Counted from the stretch's first letter, positions 23,629-36,377 are shown. The stretch: 64,000 bases of DNA from Heterodontus francisci (GCF_036365525.1 NC_090410.1:5208001-5272000); one strand, 5' to 3'. A program made the numbers and translations. The notes: a model not told the origin generated them from the sequence alone.

Positions 23629-26343
23629 TAAATTCTGCAATGGATTGGAAATTTGCAAACGTAACCCCACTGTTTAAGAAAGGAGGGAGAGAGAAAATAG
23701 GGAACTACAGACCTGTTCGGCTGATGTTGGTAGTAGGGAAAATACTAGAATCTATTATAAAGAATGTGATTACTGAACACTTAGAAAATAATGGTCTGAT
23801 TGGGCAGAGTCAACATGGATTTATGAAGGGGAAATCATGTTTGACAAACTTGTTGGAGTTTTTTGAGGATGTTACTAGCAGAGTGGATAAGGGGGAACCA
23901 GTGGATGTGTGGTGTATTTGGACTTTTAGAAGGCTTTTGATAAAGTCCCGCATTACTAAGCAAAATTAAAGCGCATGGAATTGGGGGTAATATACCATCA
24001 TGGATTGAGGATTGGGTAACAGGCAGAAAACAGAAGGTAGGAATAAATGGGTCATTCTCAGGTTAGCAGGCTGTGACCAGTGAGGTACCGCAAGGATCAG
24101 TGCTTGTCGCCAGCTGTTCACAATCTATGTCAATGATTTGGATATGGGGACGAATTGTAGTATTTCCAAGTTTGTGGATGACACAAAACTTGGTGGGAAC
24201 GCGACTTCTGAGGAGGATGCAAAGAGGCTTCATGGGAATTTGGACAGGCTGAGTGAGTAGGCAAGAACATGGCAGATGGAATATAATGTGGATAAGTGTG
24301 AGGTTATCCACTTTGGTAGGGGGAACGGAGGTGCAGAGTATTTCTTAAATGGTGAACGATTGGAAAGTGTTGATGTCCAAAGGGACATGGGAGTCCTTGT
24401 TCATAAGTCACTAAAAACTAGCATGCAGGTGCAGCAAGCAATTCGGAAGGCAAACAGCATGTCAGCCTTTATCGCAAGAGGATTTGAGTACAGAAACAAA
24501 GAAGTCTTGCTTCAATTGTACAGAGCATTGGTGAGGCTGCACCTGGAATATTGTGTGCACTTCTGGTTGCCTTGCCTGAGGAAGGATATACTTGTCATAG
24601 AGGAAGTGCAGTTGAGGTTCACCAGACTGATTCCTGGGATGGAAGGACTGTCCTATGAGGAGAGATTGAGGAGACTGGACCTGTGTTCTCTGGAGTTCAG
24701 AAGACTGAGAGGCGATCTCATAGAAACTTACAAAATTCTTAAAGGGATAGACAAGGTAGATGCAGAAAGGATGTTTCCACTGGCTGTGGGGTCTAGAACC
24801 AGGGGACACAATCTCAGAATAAAGGGCAAACCATTTAGGATTGAGATGAGGAGGAACTTCTTCACTCAGAGGGTGGTGAATCTTTGGAATTCTCTGCCCT
24901 AGAGGGTGGTGGAAGCTCAGTCACTGTGTAAGTTCAAAACAGAGATCGATAGATTTCCGGTTGCTAATGACATCAAGGGATATGGGGATAGTACAGGAAT
25001 ATGCCATTGAGGCAGACGATCAGCCATGATCTAGAATGGCGGAGCAGCCTCGAGGGGCTGAAGGGCCTACTCCTGCTCCGATGTTCCTAAACTCTGGATT
25101 GTCAGTCCAGCATCATAACCACCATGCTACCATACCCTGTGATACTATAAGCTGACAATCAGTGGACTCAAGGACTGAAAAAGCAGTCTATCCGTTACAA
25201 ACAGACTGGTACATTAAACTGTCTCAGTCTTACTTAGAGTACTAGCAGTTTGATATCTTGCATTTTCAGCAACATTTTTACAGGGAGTCTGTTTGGTGAA
25301 GCACAGAGGTTTAGAGAAAATGGTGTTACACACTCGACAAGTTTCTGCAAGTCGGTCTGAATTCACTTTTTGTTTTGAGTGTGGAGCTTGAGCAGTTTAC
25401 CATGTGGTAAAGATGAGGACAGGAAAGAGTAACATCACATTTAACTGCAAGTTGATGGTTTATTTATGCATGCATAAATGCCCAAATTATTGGCATGGAC
25501 GGTTCTACATGTTGCAATAGGATATCCTCAATGGATCAACAGGAACTTACTGTACCATGGCTTTTTAAAGGGGAACCCAAACACAAATTTTAACTGAGAT
25601 CAGGTTTCAAAATTTGGTCTCAAGAGTGAAGAGTTTAATTGCCTCCTATTTCAGCTGGAAAATCAACTGTTTTCTTTCTCTTTCTTTCCTCCTGAAGATG
25701 CTAATTCATCCTGAAGTATCCCCACAGCCATCCCTGGAGTACAAATCCAGTTACTTTCCAGCGGCTCACCCAAGCTGTCACTCTTCACATGCAAGTGTGG
25801 GCTGGACATTCAATCGACAACAAATAACATTGCGCGGAAATCAACAAAGCAGCTCTGCACAGAAATGACAAAAGGATCAGCTGTAAATCATGGGAGACAG
25901 TTAGGAGAGGTGACTGAAGGTTAGGGTGAAAAGGTGAGTTTGGAGAAGATTTTTAAAGGAAAATAGGGGAGCAGTGGTTTAACAAGAGGGGGTTCAAGTG
26001 GTCCAGCCCACTCCAGGGTACAGTGAAATCCAATCGAGGAAAGATGGAACCAAACCAGGGCCATTCTAATTTATATGCCTTAGTTCCGTGCTACCTTTAC
26101 CAACTGATTCAAGCGGCAGTTCATAATTTTTGTACTGCATTAAGAAACGTGGGGAAAGGCCACGGGCATTTTGATTTGAACACTAAGTGAGCAGTGAAGA
26201 TGAAGCATGTTTCTGACTGCATTCACAATATGTTACGTTTACATTTTAAAATTAAATTTAGTTTTATAATTGCCCCTCAGTGCAAACCAGCCCCACGGAC
26301 CAGTCCAGGGCGGTTCCACCTCACCGTCGGCATTAACCCTTAC

Positions 26344-26421
26344 CTGTCAGATCTCCCAACATTTCAGCCAGCAGCCATTTCTCAATCGTTTGATAAGTGA
26401 TTCCAACGACGTGACAGATAA
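26344..26421 (-). CDS. EIF3K: EIF3K exon 6
   Basis: ttcccacag acceptor, G|gtaagg donor; FICHVVGITYQTIEKWLLAEMLGDLT. Confidence 0.97.
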
Positions 26422-28361
26422 CTGTGGGAAGAATTCACAGATAGAATAGTTTGAAAATCCCATACACGCAGCTGATTCTACGTCAGACACCTGGTCTTGT
26501 CTATACAGAAAGTAACTAAAGGTCCTGCTGGAAATTCCCACCAAACAAAAATATCTGTTTTATGCAAAACCCATCATATGCAGCATTACAACAAACAGCA
26601 TCTAATTCTCCCACTCAAAGCTGCAACTTTCTTTTTAAGATCCCCACAAATGGCACCAACAAGTCCCCACACAGCCAAGATACCTGATCTTCAGGTAGGA
26701 AGCTTGCACTGGGCTACAGTCCTTCCATTTTAGTGTCTTGAGTACAGCCACGCAAGACCAATATCCCAGGGGAGAGGAGTAAAAAAAAAAAATGCAGGTG
26801 AAAGGGGGATTACTCCCCCATCACCAACACCCCACCCTCAACAACCCAATCTCAGGATGTGGGTGATTCTTGCCTATCTCTAGTTGCTCAGAAGGTGGTG
26901 GTGGGCCAATGATCTGAACCACCGAGTGATTGTTTTTAGAATTGGGTTGCTTGCTAGGCCCCTTCAGATGGCATTGAGTCAATCACATAGAGTGGGACAG
27001 GAGTCACCTGTAAACCAGGAGCCGATGTGGGTGGCAGGTTTCACTTTCATGAATGTGAATTAGTTGGGTATTGATAGCAAACTTTTCAAGGGATATGGAG
27101 ACAGTGCAGGAAGGCGGAGTTGAGGTAGATGATCAGAATGGTGGAGCAGGCTCAAAGGACCGAATGGCCTACTCCGATTTCTCATGTTCTTAATCTGGCA
27201 GATTATATGGTCATATTGTACCCTCCCGCTATCAGTACATAAATTACTAGATTTAATTAATTATTGGCATTTGAACTCATAGCTTCTGTTTTGCTAATCC
27301 AGTACGATAACCACTGTTACTGCACAATGTTTTACAAATGCAAACACAGCTTCACTGATTCCTAAATCTGCTCAGTCCCAAATACTGTATAATCAGCTCA
27401 TTGCACATTTACAGAATATATCCGAGGATTGGTTATTTATAGCTTGTTCATTTCCCTCAACCTATTCAGATTCCTGGGCCAACCACAGTGTATTCTAGAC
27501 GTATGCTTTATGATTTAGTTCCACCTGAGGTAACAAAAGAAACAAATCTAGATAAAGAATATGACAGGAACCTTGTCTCTGCACTGACTCCTCTAGCAGG
27601 AGGGTGAGAAGGTGACAGATGAATGTTTTGCCACACGTTAAATAAGCAGGAACCCAGGGACATCACTTAGAATGAGGATCAAGCCACTGAAAGAGAGTCA
27701 TGCTATTAATGCATCAAACTACATTGGACTCAAAATACACACATGAAGATTCTTTCTACATTGGAACAGTGACTATACTTCAAAAATACTTCAGCAGCTG
27801 CAAAGCACTTTAGGATGTCCTGAGATTGTGAAAAGCACAAAAGAAATGCAAGTCTTCCTTTTTTCTGACAGATGGCAACAGATTGCACCTTTTCAATGAA
27901 GACTTTATAAAGATGCCCTTTAGTAGGGAATTATTCTCCAAAGAATATCTATATTACATCTATACATTAAAATCTTGTGCAATTGTGCATTTCCTCTCCA
28001 CAAACTTTATTTCCTGTTGGTAATGCTTTTTAAATTTAACATATAACCTGGAAAATGACTGCATTATCAGTTATAATGGGGAACTCCCCTCATAAACAGG
28101 TCCCCGTGACTATAATTGCAGGTGCTGTGAATCACCTTGAGACATTTTACTGTTAAAGGTGCTATAGAAATGCAACTAGTTGCTACTCCCACTAGGTGGC
28201 GATGTTGCCCCCTCCTGGCACATTGAGCAATGCCACAGGAGATCTACTAGTTTTAAACCCACACTCTGTCACTACCTGCCAGATATATTTCACTATTGCA
28301 CGGTTCCCTTCCCCAATCACAGGAAAATCGAAGCAGCTTTCTGATCATGACCTGTACTTAC

Positions 28362-28428
28362 ATTTTCGCACTGAATCTTCAAAGCTTGTTATTCCATCAA
28401 TCAGCTCAGAGTTTTCTTCCAAGTTGCG
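28362..28428 (-). CDS. EIF3K: EIF3K exon 5
   Basis: tgtccag acceptor, T|gtaagt donor; RNLEENSELIDGITSFEDSVRK. Confidence 0.96.
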
Positions 28429-28751
28429 CTGGACAGGGAAGTACATTGAAATGAAATAGCTGCACAACCAAGACTGTAACTTGTGTTTCACAGCAGAGTG
28501 CAGTGAACTATCCTGCCACCACTTTTTATTGGCTGCTTAATCTCCAGAAACCCACTGTTACAATCAGTCAGGTAGTATGTGTTTCACTAGGGGAGGAGGG
28601 TTTGATATAGAAATTATATTGTATGATATACACTGAACATCTCCTTCCCTCCTCTCAAAGCACAATGAAAGCCACATAAAAACCCAGGCTAACTGATAGA
28701 CAAGGACTTTAGCAGAAATATGGTAAAGGGACAAACAAAGTCAGCCAATTA

Positions 28752-28905
28752 TAATAAAAGCAAAATACTGCAGATGCTGGAATCTGAAATGCGAACAGAA
28801 AGTGCTGGAAATACTCAGCAGGTCTGGCAGCATCTGTGTAGAGAGAAACAGAGTTAACGTTTCAAGAACTGATGAAGGGTCACAGACCTGAAATGTTAAC
28901 GCTTT
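28752..28905. mobile_element. Penelope-like terminal repeat pair (second family) with hammerhead-like core
   Basis: Reverse complement of the 43150-43335 repeat, followed by CTGATGA-AGGGTCACAGACCT-GAAA-TGTTAAC. Confidence 0.6.
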
Positions 28906-29351
28906 CTATTCTCATTCCAGCCAATTGTAATCTGTCAGGGGGAGTGTTGATGTGTCACACCACCCTGTTCCCTTGTCATCTACCACTAGCACTTTATAGT
29001 CAGTCACTAGACAACTTGATAATGGCACAAGGTGACTGCTCTATAATCTTCCTTCCATCTGCAAGAAATCATTCAGCCTTCTCACAGCATGTAAGGATGG
29101 CATCAGAAGATTAGCATGTAGAGGAATCTGCAGTTGCAAAGCCCCTTGCTGTCATTCCAGGGAGCAGTGCACTGAAGCATTGCAATGCTGCAGCATTGTA
29201 CCCATGCAGGAGACCAAGTTGAACAGAATGCAACATCAACGTTGCATGTTAACTCACACAGATCCAAGGAATTCTGGTGTCTTGTACTCAATAAGATACA
29301 TTTATTTGGGAGCCTCCAACATGACAACATAGCCTGAGGCACTTTACTCAC

Positions 29352-29426
29352 CCAGAAATCCTGGAAGTGGCAGGTCTCCAGCAGGTCACCTAGATTCAGG
29401 ATCTGTTGGATCGGCCGCTCCTCCTG
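29352..29426 (-). CDS. EIF3K: EIF3K exon 4
   Basis: atacag acceptor, TGG|gtgagt donor, 75 nt; QEERPIQQILNLGDLLETCHFQDFW. Confidence 0.96.
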
Positions 29427-31352
29427 CTGTATCCGCTCCATTAAAGAAGATTAGTTTCAATATTTTCAGCAGAGCTCTGTGCCATGCTTAAGAAGTGAAG
29501 ATTACTATTAAAACACACAATCCCAACCACTTACACTGTTCAAGCTTACTGTAGGCAGCCCCCTACATCAGACAAATGGAGCTAACCATTTGACAGTACC
29601 ACAAGAGTCAGTTGCACAGGAACTGCTTATACGACATTAATTGCGCTGACTTTATCAGGCAATTCTTCACATATTAACCCCATTCAATGTTTAACACACG
29701 ATGTTCAGAGGACCCCAGGAAGCGTCAGAGCTGCCGTGTCTCTCCTAGGACACACACCTTGCTGGCAGACTGCCTTCTCTAGGTCAGTACAGAAACCAAG
29801 TGGGAGCTGCATCCAACACCACTCAGTATTTTTGTGATCAGTAGAGACCACAAGGGTCACAGGAGAAGATGGACTTTATCACTCACCTCTTACAGCGAGT
29901 AAATTGCATTAACACCAATATGCCCACTATATAAACAGTGGAGACTTTATCTCAAAACATAACATACCATCGGTGACAGCATGGGGCAGAATGAAAAGAG
30001 CAGTGAGGAAGGGTGGTATGAAGGTCACACAGGGCTTCAGTAACTCTAAGCAGTATAAGAATCGGAATCAATGCAACTTCTCATAAGTGGGTAAATACAG
30101 TATCTGATGTACGAAACTGTACAGACACCAGGTTCCATGTAAAGTGACTTAAAACCAGACAGCATCAGAGACTCTATGATTGGTATCTTCAAACCTGGGA
30201 TAAAGAACAAAAATCAATCAGGGGGTCTGCACTGGGATCCGACCAAGCAATCGCTGCATCTATGGACGAGAGGTGACAGCAGGATCAGGATCGAAATGTG
30301 ATGCTCCAACAGTGGAACAGTTGGGAACACTCACGCCCATGTACGCTCCCCACCCCCCCACCCCCACAATTAAAGAGCGGCTACTATCATGAGGGCTGTC
30401 AAACCATAATCCAGTGGAAGTTAAGAGATTTCAAGAGGAAGCGATTTTCTTTTATTACGAAAGACAAAGCCTTGAAGGTGGGAAGCAGATTTCATGCGTC
30501 TCAGTTTTCTCTTATGGCTGTTATTCTACTCAACTAACTTGGTGTATTCATGCTCAGTGTGATCACAGTCTCATTACCATCCCCCCCACTTCAAATCCTA
30601 CTCCTCATTTGAGAACAGTAGCACATGCATTATGGGCTTAAAAAAAAAGCCCTGCATTTATATAGCAGCTTTCACAAACTCAGGACATCCAAAAAGGCTT
30701 TACAGCCAGTAAAGTACTTTTTTAAAGTGTAGTTTCTGTTGTAATGTAAGAAATATGGCAGATGCTTGTGCACAACAAGCTCCCACAAACAGCAATGTGA
30801 TAATGACTAGATAATCTGTATGTTGATTGAAGGAAAAATATTGACTAGAACACTGGGGAAACATCCCTGCTCTTCTTTGAAATAGCATCATGGGATCTTT
30901 CATGTTCATTTGACAGGGCAGACGGGACCTTGGTTTAACGTCAAAACACAGCATTTCTGACAGTGCAGCACTCCTCCAGTACTGCACTGGAGCATCAGCC
31001 TAGAATTTTTTTTTAAAAACCTTCAAGAACGAGGCTTGAATCCACAAAATTCTGACTCAAGAGGTGAGAGTGCTACCAACTGAGCCACAGTTAAGGGTGA
31101 AGATGAGCAAAATCAAGAGATAGCAGCAGTATGGTGGCAGCAAACTTGCGTCTTAAAAGTCAAAGGGAAGCCTGGAGGAGTGCTACATTTTTGAAGTGAC
31201 AGGGAAATAATCCATGAAAGATCTGGCCATTCCCTCAGCTGGGAGATGAAAACCTGAGTGCACCAAATATATTAGTTGTATAACTTTGTTGATGAAAATC
31301 AGATACTGGCAACCTCATGCTGAAGCAGCAGTAGCCTCTCCAGTAAGGATAC
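29427..31352 (-). other. EIF3K: U12-type (minor spliceosome) GT-AG intron, EIF3K intron 3
   Basis: 5' site GTATCCTTA; branch-like TTCTTTAAT about 14 nt before the AG; no polypyrimidine tract. Confidence 0.88.
30651..31090 (-). mobile_element. tRNA-derived SINE, DeuSINE/SacSINE1-like (full-length copy)
   Basis: tRNA-like head (TGGCTCAGTTGG, GATTCAAGCC) and L2-like tail. Partial copies near 2085, 5050, 6290, 16655, 33200, 53130 and 54860. Confidence 0.7.
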
Positions 31353-31473
31353 GTGTGTCTGGTCGATCATACATTTGCAGAGTGTGAAGTCTGTATGTGG
31401 CAGGTTTGTCAATGCTTTCAGCAAGATCTGTGCGGTTACGGTGGTCTGGAAGAAGGCAGGATTGAACTGATAC
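31353..31473 (-). CDS. EIF3K: EIF3K exon 3
   Basis: cttgtag acceptor, 121 nt; [40 protein letters not shown]. Confidence 0.98.
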
Positions 31474-31763
31474 CTACAAGGAAAGAGAGGTGGAATGGAT
31501 CATTGCGACAGCTATTTTTGCAAACTGTGTTTTAAATTTGAGGGAACTCCATTTCTTCTCATTTCCTTTTAGTTTGTCTCCCTGCATCATGACTCATCAT
31601 TGATTGAGAAGCAGAGCATCCAGATTGCTCTTAGCTCTTGGCCAACGCTGCAACCTAAACAGCTAGTAGCAGGAGATGAGCTGTCTAAAAATTGCAACCT
31701 CAGAGTGGGTATGTGATCAGGGAGGTGAAGGGCTTTGATAGAGTAAATAAGGAGAAACTGCTT

Positions 31764-32088
31764 ATTTATTTAGAGATACAGCACTGAAACAGGCCCTTCG
31801 GCCCACCGAGTCTGTGCCGGCCATCAACCACCTATGTATACTAATCCTACACTAATCCCATATTCCTACCACATCCCCACCTTCCCTATATTCCCCTACC
31901 ACCTACCTACACTCGGGGCAATTTATAATGGCCAATTTACCTATCAACCTGCAAGTCTTTGGCTGTGGGAGGAAACCGGAGCACCCGGCGAAAACCCACG
32001 CGGTCACAGGGAGAACTTGCAAACTCCGCACAGGCAGTACCCAGAACCGAACCCGGGTCGCTGGAGCTGTGAGGCTGCGGTGCTAACC
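31764..32088 (-). mobile_element. V-SINE (HE1-like), slightly 5'-truncated, inside a CR1 remnant
   Basis: Same family as 17263 and 40428; flanked by ACTGCTT at 31757-31763 and 32089-32095. Confidence 0.88.
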
Positions 32089-32723
32089 ACTGCTTCGACT
32101 GGAAGGAGGGTCAGTAACCAGAGGACACAGATTTAAAGGTAATTGGCAAAAGCATCAGAGGGGAGATGAGGAGAATATTTGACACAGTGAGCACATTCAC
32201 AAGATGCGTGTAACTGTAAAATCCCAAAATATAAAATAACGAGGAACAGAGACAAGCCTGAAGACTTATGAACCGAAGTGTTAATATGGGGCCTCATGGG
32301 GTGAGTTGAGAAGGAAAAGTGACCTCTGCACAAAAAGTGGATTTTTAAAAATTGCACCAATAAAGACAGCTCCTGATGGTTTATCTGCCAAGCACTACCG
32401 AGAATAGAACTGTCACACCAGGCCAGGAAGACCCCAGCTTCTATCTCAGGTGTTTGTACAGTCAGCTAGTTTCAGGCAGGAGAGCTACAATTCATCCCTG
32501 CAACCATGGGTTAGGCAGAAGATAATCAGCCAGTGTTGGGCTTGGTCCCCATAACTGAATACCTTGCTAGAATAAATTCATACATGAATAATGTGAGGTA
32601 CTGGAGTGTGACTAGAGCCCTGGAACTGGGAACTGCACTCCAATGATGGAGCAATACAGGATAGGAGAAAACTGGAAAAAGAACAAGATATTCAGACTTC
32701 TCAAAGTTAAATTAAATACGTAC

Positions 32724-32822
32724 AGTTTAAGAACAGCCAGATTGGCTTCCAGATCATACGCATTCTCCCTGGCCTGTGTCTCCACGTACCGTTCCAACGT
32801 GGAAAGATTCTCAGGGTTATAC
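32724..32822 (-). CDS. EIF3K: EIF3K exon 2
   Basis: tcccacag acceptor, CT|gtacgt donor, 99 nt; [33 protein letters not shown]. Confidence 0.98.
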
Positions 32823-33468
32823 CTGTGGGAGAAGAGGACACAGAATTGGAGCTATCATACTCGAATGATGATCCAGAGGCCTGCATTAATAATCCAGAGA
32901 ACGGGCCTTAAATCCCACTGTGGCAGTTTGAGAATTTGAATTCACTTTAAATAATCTGGACATAAAAATCGGGATTCAGTAAAAGTGAGGTATGCAGCTG
33001 TTGGATTGTCATAAAAACCCAACTGGTTCCTTCAGGGAAGGAAACCTGCTGTTCTTAAACAGTCCAAACCATGGTAGACCCTTCAATATCCTCAGTTCTA
33101 TCAATACGACTCATCCCCACCTTCTCAGGATCTAGGGATGAGCAATAAATACCCGTCTTGCCAGCGACACCCAAAAACAGCAATGAGAAAATGAGCAGAT
33201 AATCTGTCTGTAGTGATGTTGATTGAGGGATTTGCCAGGATACCGAGGAGAACTCCCCTCTTTTCTTTCAATAGTGCCGTGAGATCTTTCACACGCTCCT
33301 AAACAGGCAGACTCGGCCTCTGTTTAATGTCCCATCTGCAGCAATCCCTTAGTACTGCACTGAAGTGTCAACCCATAGTGGGTTTGAAAGCACAACACTT
33401 CAATCATCAATTCTCCAATTACTGGTGCCCCAGACACTACTGCCCTTGTCGGCCCCTGTTGCTATGGT

Positions 33469-33672
33469 CCAGGGCTGTTACTCCCCGGGCCCCGGTTGCC
33501 AGGGCTGTTACTCCCCGGGCCCCGGTTGCCAGGGCTGTTACTCCCCGGGCCCCGGTTGCCAGGGCTGTTACTCCCCGGGCCCCGGTTGCCAGGGCTGTTA
33601 CTCCCCGGGCCCCGGTTGCCAGGGCTGTTACTCCCCGGGCCCCGGTTGCCAGGGCTGTTACTCCCCGGGCCC
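33469..33672. repeat. 30-bp GC-rich minisatellite at the start of EIF3K intron 1
   Basis: Unit CCAGGGCTGTTACTCCCCGGGCCCCGGTTG, about 6.8 perfect copies. Confidence 0.97.
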
Positions 33673-33679
33673 CCCTCAC

Positions 33680-33738
33680 CGGTCGATGCCTTTCAGCAGC
33701 TTCCCCACATTCGCTCTCATCTGTTCGATGGCGCTCAT
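33680..33738 (-). CDS. EIF3K: EIF3K exon 1 (start)
   Basis: gcagccATG, CG|gtgagg donor; MSAIEQMRANVGKLLKGID. Confidence 0.97.
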
Positions 33739-33779
33739 GGCTGCACTCGGACCCTCCCGCTTCACTGTCGGCGCTTTCT

Positions 33780-34085
33780 CGGTAACGGAGTCTTCGGACC
33801 TGAAAAAAACTGAGAAGGCCTCAACACACGCGGCTCGGGCACACTGGAGGTCAAAGGGAAAAGCAGTTAGCGAGCATGCGCAACCCCGGCCGGATCGCCG
33901 GTATCAGCGCGTGCGCTTTCCTGCTCATTGTGTTCCTATGCATGAGAATGGTGTCTCTTGTTGGGCATGCGCAATCCGCTGAACAGTTGGAGGACGCGTA
34001 ACAGCCAACCATTGAAGCTGTGATGATCTCCAATCACTTCCTGTCACATTTTTCTTTTTGTACTGAGCTTCGCAATCGCCGGACT
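33780..34085 (-). promoter_or_regulatory. EIF3K CpG-rich housekeeping promoter
   Basis: NRF1-like GCATGCGCA at 33874 and 33965, GCGCGTGCGC at 33907, CCAAT near 34030, ETS-like CACTTCCTGT near 34035; elevated CpG. Confidence 0.7.
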
Positions 34086-35879
34086 GATCTTGGTTTTGTT
34101 TTGTGCAAACTTTGAAGCTAAAATATAAAGTGAAAAGTAATTGGCTGAGACCATGCATATATTAACATAATTAGACATCTGCTGCATAAATGCAAACTTA
34201 AACTGATCAAAAAGACAGAGTTTATGGTCCTTTCGATAAGTTTTGGTATTTTGTACTCTGTGGTTGAATTGCGTTACAATTCAGAACTCAAATATATACA
34301 TACATAAATCTTACATAGATCACTATCATAGTAATAGCTATCAGTATTTCGGAATTTAAATACCGTTAGTTACATGCCTTGCTAATGTGTTGTATGAAAG
34401 GAGAGAAGGTTAGCACTCCCCTTGATAAGGATGGAAGAGGTCCTAGTGGCCTTACAACACACAAATGGTTAAGGCATTGCCATCTACTTAGTGGCATCTA
34501 ACCATGTTTTTCTTTCAGGGCGTGATCCCTTTTTTCCCTGTGGTTTTTCTCTGCTCATGCATCTATGGGATTGGTATTAAACCTATTACCGATATGGAAG
34601 AGATCCGTGAAACTAGTCTGGGATAAACCTCCTTCAAACTTTTCACTCCCATTCACCTCAGTCTCCTGTTACTCCACAACAACACAGTTCAGCAATGGTA
34701 ACTCAGCACCCAGTCTGGTGATGCCCCCACAGTGATAGTCTTGATTGATATGCTAAGTAAGTTTTTTTTTAATCAATCTTTTAATTTTTACACCATCCAT
34801 TCCTCCCCCATTCCCCCCCCCCCCCCCCCACCACAACCCCACCAATATACATTTCTCATTTCAGAACAACATTGCCAGTTGGACTAGTGGGTTGTTTCCA
34901 TGTCCAAAACATGGTCGTAGCTAAACTGTAGCCTCAGCAACAGAACATCATGTTTCCATGCCCAGCATCAGAAAACATCAAGATGGTGCCCATAGTGAGG
35001 ATGCAATAATAAGCCTTTTTTTTTTAGCATTCTATCTTTTCATCCATTACCACTCCCTTCTGCTTTTCATCATAACTTTTGTCGTTTAATCACTCCTGCC
35101 CTCCACCCTATCACAGATCTTCCCTTTGTTCTTTTCCTACACCCGGTCCTTTTCCCTAGCTCTGTACATTAATGAAAGGTCATTGACACCAAAACGTTAA
35201 CTCTGTTTCTTTCTCCATAGATGCTGCCTGGCTTGCTGAGTGTTTTCAGCATTTTCATGTTTTCACCTGAAGTTCAATCCCTGATCTCAACCTGTTTGGT
35301 TCAATGGTCTGTGTTAGTGAAGTTTACATCAGCCAGGGTTCCTGCTTTTGATCCCCAATGACAGCAGCTGGAAGATCTGTGGATTTTGAACGAGGACAGA
35401 ATTGAAGTCAAATGCGATTCAAAGAAGCATGAAGCACTCGAGTGTCTTAGCTCACAAATGAAGGACGATAACTTGGGCCAAGCGGCAGGAGGCTGGTATT
35501 ATAACCCAACAGGTCACACTATCTGAAGGACAAAAACCTGGGAGAAATAAGGAAACCTTCTTGTCAGAATGAAAATAACAATTGAGTGATCAGCAATTTA
35601 ACTTGCAATAATTGACAATCATTAACATTCACTGCAGAGCTCTCCGTCCATTTCCAGCTTAGAGTGTCCCAACAGTTTGCATGCTCCCTGATAATCACTG
35701 TATCAAAATAATGACCCAATATCAATGAACCTCTCTATCTATTCCATAGTATCCATTACATGTTGTTATCTTAAGTAGCAAAGAAATCTACAAACCTTAT
35801 TTCCCATTGCTATAGATTTTGGTCACTTTTCTGTCATTTACCGTTATAAATTGTCGTATCAATATATTTCATTTAATTT

Positions 35880-36243
35880 TGTTATGTCAATTGTCATGCT
35901 ATGGTTTCAGGCTTCATATATACATTCTGTTACAGTTAGATAGTGAATTATTCCATATTTACAGTCTTGTAGTTAATGAATTATCCAATTTTTAATCTGT
36001 TACAGTTCCATAATGAATTAGTCCATATTTACAGTTTATTAGTCAGATAATCAATTATTCCAGATTTAGTCTGTTACAGTTAATGAATTATTCCATATTT
36101 ACAGTCTTATAGTTAAGAATTAATAAATTTTTAATCTGTTACAGTTAGTAATCAATTAGTCAATTTTTATAGTTTATTATAGTCAGAAATCAATGATTAC
36201 ATAGACATTGTCTGTTACAGTTAATTAATTATTTTGTATTTAC
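35880..36243. repeat. Degenerate AT-rich tandem repeat
   Basis: Recurring blocks AATGAATTATTCCATATTTACAGT and AATCTGTTACAGTT, with about 35-bp subunits alternating at about 70-75 bp. Confidence 0.75.
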
Positions 36244-36377
36244 AACAACAACTTGCATTTACATTGCACCTTCAAAGAACAAAGAACAGTACAGCACAGG
36301 AACAGGCCATTCGGCCCTCCAAGCCTGCGCCGATCTTGATGCCTGCCTAAACTAACACCTTCTGCACTTCCGGGGCC

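Larger units (their letters stand above)
19835..25088 (+). mobile_element. Outer 5'-truncated CR1 LINE (19835-20621 and 23629-25088) in EIF3K intron 6
   Basis: Frameshifted ORF2 pieces (ORFs 19916, 20313, 23640, 24276). The sequence is continuous across the inner insertion (CAAAATTCTA|TAAATTCTG). Confidence 0.9.
18379..33738 (-). other. EIF3K: Eukaryotic translation initiation factor 3 subunit K gene (complete CDS, 8 exons, 218 aa)
   Basis: Exons 59+99+121+75+67+78+126+32 = 657 nt give MSAIEQMRANVGKLLKGIDRYNPENL...EKIDFDSVASIMASSQ*, closely matching recalled vertebrate eIF3k. Confidence 0.98.

Noticed and set aside
33327-33982. Several ORFs with 10-aa repeats (ARAVTPRAPV, GCYSPGPGCQ)
   Set aside because: Translations of the 30-bp VNTR, overlapping EIF3K exon 1 and intron 1
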